Shown piece after piece: positions 55,030-64,000 of a stretch of DNA of 64,000 bases. The DNA comes from Octopus bimaculoides (lineage: Eukaryota), in contig NC_068981.1 in the NCBI RefSeq assembly GCF_001194135.2, forward strand, positions 145,034,037 through 145,098,036, in the 5' to 3' direction. How positions within the stretch are numbered: position 1 is the first letter of the stretch; every line of letters starts with the position of its first letter. Below the pieces are notes generated by a model. It did not search any database. It was not told the origin of the DNA and saw only the letters and a list, made by a program, of their open reading frames with translations. Position numbers and translations under genes: made by a program.

Positions 55030-56000
55030 ATGTATTCTACTAAGCCCTTGAAGACGGGGTCCCAGTATAGCTGTGATCCAAAGCTACTCTTATTACGGAA
55101 AGGTATTTACTTGGCGCAACATGTGAGCATGCAACAGAGAAATGACTTGTCAGCTCAACACCTGCAATTCCGTGAACTGTCTCTGAGGTGTTCTTGATGG
55201 TTGCAATGACATTCTCACTGGAAACTGAAGGCACGTGCACTTAAATAGCATATCCATTGGAATGTGGGAAATGCGTGGAATGAAAACATTCCTTGGCACC
55301 AGCAGCGGTAATAACTGCTTCGATCATTTGTGACATAAGAATTTTTGCGGCTAGTCCTGTGTCATTAGAGATTTTGTGCATCCAAATTTTGTAGCAACAC
55401 AATGGATCTTCTTACTTTCAGTTGCACATAGTAAAGAAGAACATAAGACTGATGATAATTTGGAAATTATTGGATTGTGTGTAGCATCGTTAACATCAAC
55501 TACAATATGAACTTATTTGCACCGTTTTGATACCTGTTCAATGATGGCATTATTAATATCCTGTTTATTAAGTAAAAATTCCATGTTGGTAGTAAGATGA
55601 ATTTTTTCCTCTCGCCTCCAAACATAGATTTCTTTGAGTCATACGCTTAACTTGTCAGCGAATACTTTCTTTGGAATGAACATAAAGGTTTGCTTGAAAT
55701 CACTAGAGACTGTAACTCCACTCATGATGTTAGAGTTTACTTTGAAAGCTTATGAGATACAAGTCTGTGCATTCGTCACATATTTTCAGCTTTACCAACT
55801 TCATAAAATCTAAACTTTTTGTCGATATAGCATGGAGAACTGACATTGTGTGCTAGGCTGGATAAGCAGTCCTGCCATCCGTGAGCAAAGTTGCAACAAT
55901 TCATATAAGACTACAGCAACAGCAGTTCGGTTGAATGGACGAACTTCTCTAAGAATTTTCTGGATCAAAATTTTGTTGATCAAACTGTTCCTCTTTAGTC
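55030..56000 (-). mobile_element. Helitron RepHel remnant (Pif1-like helicase domain)
   Basis: Frameshifted peptides VATLLTDGRTAY, SSDFKQTFMFIPK, VFIPRISHIPMDMLFKCTCLQFPVRMS and AGVELTSHFSVACSHV match Helitron Pif1-type helicase motifs. Confidence 0.85.
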
Positions 56001-56197
56001 AGACGTTACAAATTTTCAAATTCTAGTTTAAGATATTTTCATACAGAAACACGTTTACTTCATTTTGCTGAACATACTGTTTCAGTCAGTGAGTGTCAGA
56101 GCTGGTAGCCTGAAGTATCTCTTGGCTGAGAATGATAACTGCAGTTCGTGACACAACTGACAGTAAACAGTGTTCAGTGTTTTTGCCAAAATACTCA

Positions 56198-56288
56198 TAA
56201 CCTTAACCCTAACCCTAACCTAAAACCCTAGCCCTAACCCTAACCTAAAACCCTAACCCTAACCCTAACCTAAAACCCTAACCCTAAC
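56198..56288. repeat. Interstitial telomere-like (TAACCC)n array with a 25-bp higher-order unit
   Basis: Unit aaaaccctaaccctaaccctaacct; two full units plus partial units on both sides. Confidence 0.9.
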
Positions 56289-56472
56289 TCTCCGTCAGCA
56301 GTTTCATATCCTATTGACGTAACCTGCTGTGCTTCTGCAATATTCGATGGAGATCCATAGCGTATAATCATGACGATATGATGCTAACGTCAATACCTAA
56401 GCATATGTAAAATATCAGTTTTATCGTAACATCCTACTCTCATTAAACTGTGTAAGGAAATGAGCTGGCAGA

Positions 56473-56564
56473 GTCGTTAACATGTGAGACATAACGTCGT
56501 TAACATGTGGGACATAACGTCGTTAACATGTGGGACATAACGTCGTTAACATGTGGGACATAAA
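56473..56564. repeat. 23-bp minisatellite x4 inside a diverged family A SINE
   Basis: Four head-to-tail copies of gtcgttaacatgtgggacataac, with no spacers. SINE sequence flanks it (gagctggcaga before; cctttcatcctttc...gataaagtacc after). Confidence 0.9.
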
Positions 56565-57436
56565 GTCCGTTCTCTTTACCTTTCATCCTTTCACGATTGA
56601 TAAAGTACCAGTAGCACATTGGGATCGATGTAATCGACTTGCCACTTACCCTCAAAATTGTTGGGCTTCTGCCAAAATCTGAAACCATTAGTAAACTGCT
56701 TTATAGTATACTCTTTAAGTATCTTGTCTATGTTTTCGATCAAAACCTATTTGAACCAAATTGGTTTTCCTTCCTCTAGGATCAAAAACGCATGAATATC
56801 AACAATATGTTTGAGGTTTATTCAAAACACTATATCTCTCTATTAAAATATGTTGTTGAATGTTAATATGGAAAAAACACGTTATTATTGTTGTTTCTCA
56901 TTTCTTATTTAATATGATGATGTAGTTGTTGTGACCTCTTTCATATCACCGTTTTCATAATGCACATTTCACAAAAGCGTAGCACCTGCTCATAGCGCTA
57001 TAGTCCATTCGTTAAAGAAAACATCATTTTCCTTTGTATTTCGCCATAGTTTATAATTTACTTTGTTTTTCAAAATGGCATGAAAACTATTATTTTATCG
57101 GTTTCTTCCAATAGGAAATATAACTCTAATACAGAAATAATGAATAAAATGAAAATCCATTCGAAATATTTTCATTTTCTAGTTTTCTATTTTTCAGTGA
57201 TCAACCCGCCTCTGCACATTTAACTGCCATTTGCAAGTGTTCAGGGTGTGCGTGTGTGTATGCTTGTATATAGAAATGTATAATATTGTGTGTGAGAGAG
57301 AAAAAAGAAAGTGAAATCCTAATGCTTTGATACTTGAAACATTGTCTGCATGTAATATATTTAAAGCAAATTAACTTGAAGAATCTCATTCCCCCATGAC
57401 CTTTCTACATAATTTCAGAAACATACACACAGAGAC

Positions 57437-57509
<73 letters not shown>

Positions 57510-58708
57510 TATGAATGAATGATTCTATATATATAAGTCTATGCGTTAAATATGCATATGTGCGTACGTATAACGGTTTTTAAGGTGGCATAGAACATCC
57601 TATATACAAATGTTCTCTCTCAGCGCTCGCCTTTCAATGAATAAGCAGACTAAGGACACACATCCATAAGTGTGTATGAGGGGGTAGGGGATAAATGTTT
57701 GACTCAGGTCAGCATTAAAGTTTCACGGGTGAAACCTTCACCTTATCAGATTTTAAAGACACTGTAAAAAGAATTTTAAATAAATTTTAAATGATTTCAT
57801 GATGAGAGTATTTAGACCTTCAAGTGTCAGTCCTGGTTTCATGGTTCTTTTTGCTATCATACGTGGTGTAGTGTAGAAACCCAGATGTTAGCGTCATCTA
57901 GTGGGTATTTTTACGAGGTAATATTTTCAGCGACAACAGGTTTTTATCCTGCATGTTACATGTTGTAGAATAGAAAATAAGTAGGTGTCAGTTATTTGTC
58001 TTTCTGTAATGTACAGGAGAGAGAGAGAGAGAAGACCCTTACAGGCTTGTTATCAATAATGTCAAACAATTATGATGAATGTTTTTGCATTGAGAACTAA
58101 AATTTAATGCAACAAATCGTAAGATGTAGAAGTATTTCCTACTTAAAAACTGGGACCAGTTAGTCAACAAGTCGCGACTTTTAGAAGATTGGACTGAATG
58201 AAGTTTACGTGAGGTAGGTATGACAAAATATATCTTTCAGCGGTTACATTTGTCTTATTATTGATCAAGTTTCTAGTTACTTTCCTAGCAATGAATATTT
58301 GTAACTATTACTGAATGTGTGAGCGCATGCAGTTTTATGTATGCATGCGATAATGTTCATCTGTGTTTATGTATGTATATGTATTCAAAATTAAGTCTTC
58401 AGCTAAAGTGGGTGATAGTGTTTCTGGAAATCTGTGATCAGCTTGGTCGTTATATCCAGGAAGTTAACAAAATTACAAGCTGGTTTGTAATATTTTACAG
58501 CTGAACTTTTAGAAGATTATTTTATTTGTGGCACTAATGCCTTGGCAACTATACTAGATCTTGAAAACCATTAAGTTTTCGCTCGGAAACAATATTATAT
58601 CTTATCTGTTAAAGATCTCGTAAGAGAAATATGCTAACAGTTTCGCAAACTTTCGTGCCATATCATGAGAATGTCAAACGATTTTTGTCATCAATTGCTC
58701 TTCTCATA

Positions 58709-58835
58709 TATGACTTTCACTCACTAACACTCTTAGTATGCCTTTCACTCACTAACACTCTTAGTAATGTTTGCCACTTAGTATGCTACTAACACTCTTA
58801 GTATGACTTTCACTCACTAACACTCTTAGTAATGT
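58709..58835. repeat. 28-bp minisatellite (3 full copies plus 2 partial)
   Basis: tatgactttcactcactaacactcttag at 58709, 58737 and 58802, with rearranged partial units between. Confidence 0.9.
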
Positions 58836-58884
58836 ATCAGTATTAATGAATCTATGGAAAGAAGTTTGTTCCCCGACCACATAG

Positions 58885-59245
58885 TTTCGGAGTCAGTCTC
58901 ATTGCCTGTCTTCTACGATAAGCCTAGCCGACCAAACTCTTGTAAATGTATTTGGTACATAAAAACTGAAAGAAGCCTATCTGTATATTCATCTCTCTAT
59001 ATATATGAGAGAGAGGGAGGCGAGGGAGGGACATACAGAGTGTGTACGTACCTGTTTCCCACCGCTGGACAACCGGTGTTAATTTGTTTCCATTCTCGTA
59101 ACCCCAGCATTTCGGAAAAAGAGTCCGATAGAATAAATAAACTATGAAAAAATACGTACAAGGGTCGATCTGTTTGATTAAAATTCTTCAAGGCGGTGCA
59201 CCAGCATAACCGCAGTCTAACAACTGAAACAAGTAGAAGATAAAA
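58885..59245 (+). mobile_element. SINE family B, diverged
   Basis: gtcttctacgataagcctagccgacc...ggacaaccggtgtt...ttcttcaaggcggtgcaccagcat...ctgaaacaagtagaagataaaa. Confidence 0.8.
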
Positions 59246-59985
59246 CTTAAAATCAAATTCTATGATTGAAATTATTGTAATTATATGTATATTATGGTTC
59301 TAAGTAGTTACTAGTTGTCTAGTGAAGAAGAAATTTTTTTTAATTTTCATCCTTACGTTTAGTATATGTAGAGAAAAGAAAGGAATTCAAATGAAAATTC
59401 ACAATAATGTCATTTTGGAATTAAATAAATACCACTGGTCAGCTTCAATAATTTCTAAGAATTTGCATATACTTAACCGACAGATTTCCTAGACAACGTC
59501 ATACAAATTAGCAGATTTTAATATAGACCGTTCCAAGTCGTAGGGATTGTTTGGACATGAAGATATGTTCAGCAAGAGAAGTAGAGTTCTTAGAGGTATT
59601 TCTTTTTTTTTTTTTTTTAGAGAATGAATGACATGTGTGTAATGTCTATTTTCAATTTAGAAATTGAGAAGAATTATGGGTTATAAAATTACATCTATAA
59701 GCCAGATTATCCTTGCAGTGGCCATTAAAAGGACAATCTTCTTTCACTTAAATTTTTTGGCTAGATTTGGCTAGTAAGATTTCCAAGAGACAGGTGGAAA
59801 ATTGCTTGGATTGATGCTAGAAATGTTATTATTACTTTTGTCATCCTCGTTACTCTGCAATATATACAATCTTATATACTGATTTTACGCTTGTTATAGT
59901 TTGTACTGCAATAACTACTACTATTGTTAATATTATCATTATTAAAATCATTACCACAACTCTTAGCAGTAGTAGCAGCAGCAGC

Positions 59986-60053
<68 letters not shown>

Positions 60054-62379
60054 GGTACTACTGCTGCTATTATGATTATTATTATCAATTACAACTCGTA
60101 CCCATGGGACAGTTATGATAATAATCTAAATTATTACAACTAACATATTCAGAACAGCAATTATCATAGAATCGACAATCTTTGGTTGGTTAAGAATTAA
60201 TATTACACTTGTGTAATTTAGAGTGTTTATTGGTTGCAATTATAGGGGCTAAATCGAGCGTAGTAGGGGGGGGGAACGTTTAACTGTAGGTTTGTTACAT
60301 ATTTCGCATTAATTATGATGTAGTGAAAAATTGTTCACAAGAATTTTAAAGAATAAATGTGCAACTTTCATTTTGACAGATTTTGCAAATAAGACGTTAT
60401 ACTTGGCAATATTTCTGTTTCTATTTCATCCATTGACAGGTTGCTATTTTGAATGATTGAAAAGTCATTCCTTACCTTAGATGAATTACAGGAAGCATGT
60501 ATTTGATATGTCTAGATTGAGAATTATGTTTACTACTATCAATATTTGAAATGCCACAATTATTTATATTTATAAATCCTTGATCAGTGTAAAGTGGCAA
60601 AGAATCATATTTGTGAGATTTGGAGATGCAGTAGGAATGTTGGTCATTAGAGTTTTCTGTTGCATATAATATTTTGACAGCAATTTACAAAATGATAATT
60701 ATTACTCGTAGTGAGGCTAATAGGTTTGGCCTAGGATAGTTTAGCGTTTTATTTATATATTCGGAAGAATATACAGTATTTTTTATAGTATTATTTATAG
60801 GATAATTCGATGAGAGGATAATTTCTAAATAGAAGATTGTACTTACCTCTATCAGATATACTCAATCTTCCATTTCATTTCAAGTAAGATTACTGTCACG
60901 TTGCCTATTAACATTTTTCTGAGAAGATAATTTATTTATCTCCTTATCGTTTTTAATCATATCGTTTAAAGTGATATTAATATTGATAGGATTAATTCGA
61001 TAAAGTCGAAGTTTAAGTTTACCATTATGTCTATATTTCATTTTGTTATCTTATTCACTTCGTTCTAGAAGCATCATTACAGTATGCTAAACTATCATTA
61101 AAGGTTTTTCTATTAGCTGAAAGATTAGAAATTCTAAATGAAATGCTTACACCAAACTATTTAGGAATTTTAAAGTTTATATACTGTAGAGATTTATTGA
61201 GTTTATAACATGGATAATAAAGACCAGAATTAAAATTAAGAATCACATCGAGAAATTTTACATGTTTAGTATCCATCTCAAATTATAAATTACGAAGGGA
61301 CTTTTTAGGTCATTCTAGGTTATTTAGTGATAGTGAAGAGAAAATTCTCACGATATAGACTATCCCCCATGGTTTGCAAAAATTTCTCTGCAATTCAAAT
61401 AACATGCATAAACTGACAGGGTCACTTATCTAAATCAGATGAACTCAGAGTTAACACAAAACTACTACACCTAGATTTTGTAATCCTGTAATTATCAATG
61501 ATAGATATAAGTGTGTTCCTGGGTATTAAAAACATAGTCTATCTGTAGAAGTTAGATGGGATATATTTTTGACCTGATATACTTTTGATGGTTCGTGTAT
61601 AACTTTCTTAAATAATTCTAATTAAAATTAATATTAATAAACCATGTATCATAATTACATATTTTTAGAATTAGTGGCTTTATTCTTAATAAAGTGGCTG
61701 TTGAAAGTAATTTAAATATGATCTATCTGTGAAATGTATACTTTCTCGTTAATTTACTCTCAGTATACGTTGGTTTTAACGATCTTTTTAGCCGAATACT
61801 TATCTATATGGAAATTTTTCCCGCCTGGATATACTGCAATGTTATAACGCGTCGGAATTTAACGAAGCATTCTTATTTGAGCTTTTAATAAATATATATN
61901 NNNNNNNNNNNNNNNNNNNNNNNNNNNNNNNNNNNNNNNNNNNNNNNNNNNNNNNNNNNNNNNNNNNNNNNNNNNNNNNNNNNNNNNNNNNNNNNNNNNN
62001 NNNNNNNNNNNNNNNNNNNNNNNNNNNNNNNNNNNNNNNNNNNNNNNNNNNNNNNNNNNNNNNNNNNNNNNNNNNNNNNNNNNNNNNNNNNNNNNNNNNN
62101 NNNNNNNNNNNNNNNNNNNNNNNNNNNNNNNNNNNNNNNNNNNNNNNNNNNNNNNNNNNNNNNNNNNNNNNNNNNNNNNNNNNNNNNNNNNNNNNNNNNN
62201 NNNNNNNNNNNNNNNNNNNNNNNNNNNNNNNNNNNNNNNNNNNNNNNNNNNNNNNNNNNNNNNNNNNNNNNNNNNNNNNNNNNNNNNNNNNNNNNNNNNN
62301 NNNNNNNNNNNNNNNNNNNNNNNNNNNNNNNNNNNNNNNNNNNNNNNNNNNNNNNNNNNATATATATATATATATATAT

Positions 62380-62533
62380 ACGACAGGCTTCTTTCAGTTT
62401 CCGTCTACCGAATCCACTCATAAGGCCTTGGTCGGCCCGAGGTTACAGTAGAAGACAATTGCGCAAGGGGACTGAACCTGGAATCATGTGGTTGGGAAGC
62501 AAGTTTCTTACCACAAAGCCACACCTGCGACTT
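62380..62533 (-). mobile_element. SINE family B, 5' half (rest lost in the N gap)
   Basis: cgacaggcttctttcagtttccgtctacc...gtttcttaccacaaagccacacctgcg. Confidence 0.85.
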
Positions 62534-63346
62534 CTTATTACACACCCACACCTTACAGTCTTCTTACTGCAGTGTAGCTGCACAGGATACGGATTGAACT
62601 TGACTCTTCCGTAATGATCCCACTTGCATGGTCTCTGTAGAAAAACTATAATTGTGCTTAAATAGATCTTATGTAAATTGAATTCTATACACCAGTTTCA
62701 AGATCCAATTTTCATTTTATATTTTATCGTTTCTTATATCACTTCTCTATTTCATACAATACATTTTGCGGCATAATAGCATGTAATATGTAACAGAGTA
62801 GCAATTAGACAGACATTCCTCGTGATTCAACGACAATGACGTTATTCAAACATTTCGATAACATTTCTCGTTACTTTTATTGTACAAATAAAATAAATAA
62901 AACAATAACGCCACATTGCAAACTCATACACGTAATATTATCTAATAATTTCAGTTGGTTGTTTCCGCAAACATCAATGGATAGCAGCTGTTATTCCATA
63001 ATTCTTATCATTTTGCCCACTCTGAAGACATTCCAAAGATACTTATACTGAGAAGATATATTATTCGCTTCATAAATTACATTTATAATCAAGTAGCGTG
63101 AAGATTGTTTTGTTTTTGTCTATTTGCTATCAGTGAAGGGAAATAGTTTCTTCTATTCTCTCCCGCGTAAGTCCAAGTGTTTCAAAATGTTATCTTTCAA
63201 TTGCTTACTACCTTGCAGTATGTTTAGATGTTTTAAACGACACAGAATATAACTTAATATTATTTCCTCGATTAAATTCTTAGTGTAATTGTGTTTCACG
63301 CTTACACAGTAATTATATAAAAGTATTAAACACAGACACATGTATG

Positions 63347-63411
<65 letters not shown>

Positions 63412-63634
63412 ACACAAATATAGTTTCAAGATACTTTGTTTCAGAGAAGCTATTAAAGAATTAACGAAAAAATGGAGACTCTTTGCTATAACATTAGATC
63501 CGTACACATACAGACATAGACAAAGAAAACTGTGAAGCGTTAGCATGAAAGGCAGCTAAGCATTCTGTCGGACGTTACGTTCTGAGTTCATATTCTGCCG
63601 AGATCATTTCTGCCTTTCATCCATTTTTTGATGG

Positions 63635-63807
63635 CTGTGAAGTAAGAAGTTTGCTCCCAACCATATGGTTCCGGCTTCAGTCTCACTGTGTGACATCTTG
63701 AGCAAGCGTTGTCTACTACACACATAGCACCCCTCCTCCTGGCCGACGAAGGCCTTGCGAATGGCTTTGGTAGACGGAAACTGAAAGAAACATATCGTGT
63801 ATATATA

Positions 63808-63810
<3 letters not shown>
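63635..63810 (+). mobile_element. SINE family B, 5' half running into (TG)n
   Basis: gctgtgaagtaagaagtttgctcccaacc...ttggtagacggaaactgaaagaa. Confidence 0.8.
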
Positions 63811-63856
<46 letters not shown>

Positions 63857-64000
63857 TTGTTTCTTCTTCACCATCGTATGACAACCAGTGTCGTTTTGTT
63901 TATGCTCCAGTAATCTAGCAATTTGGCAAAAGTGATCGAAGATCTTTTCCTTTTGATTGGCAGGTCGATAAATTATTTTTTTCTAACTAAACTCTTTCAA

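Noticed and set aside
56198-56288. True telomere or chromosome end
   Set aside because: The array is only about 90 bp, degenerate, and flanked by ordinary sequence on both sides.
56473-58835. 23-bp and 28-bp repeats as CRISPR-like arrays
   Set aside because: The units are head-to-tail with no unique spacers, the context is eukaryotic, and there are no cas genes.

Overview
AT-rich, microsatellite-saturated eukaryotic DNA from a gapped draft assembly. There are ten N-runs, almost all bordered by (TA)n. The SINE families, microsatellite load and transposon mix suggest a coleoid cephalopod, most likely Octopus; this is inference from recognition, not a database result. No intact protein-coding gene is supported, and most ORFs in the supplied track are microsatellite translations or transposon debris. 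The window looks intronic or intergenic. It holds decayed CR1/L2-type, Tx1/L1-type, RTE-type and restriction-like-endonuclease (R4/Dong-like) LINEs, a Tc1/mariner remnant, Helitron remnants, a Penelope-like GIY-YIG remnant and at least three tRNA-derived SINE families. The main hidden signal is a dispersed set of about ten minimal type I hammerhead-ribozyme-like (HHR) motifs from several unrelated sequence families. Most sit next to microsatellites. One lies inside a tRNA-headed, Pol III-type SINE that carries an inverted 5' partial copy of itself (50866-51363). Together with the GIY-YIG remnant, this points to non-autonomous, ribozyme-bearing elements mobilised by Penelope-like retroelements. 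Secondary signals are a textbook recursive-splice-site motif (T21-AG|GTAAGT at 1217-1245), a perfect 88-bp templated duplication, a TSD-flanked SINE dimer and an interstitial telomere-like array.
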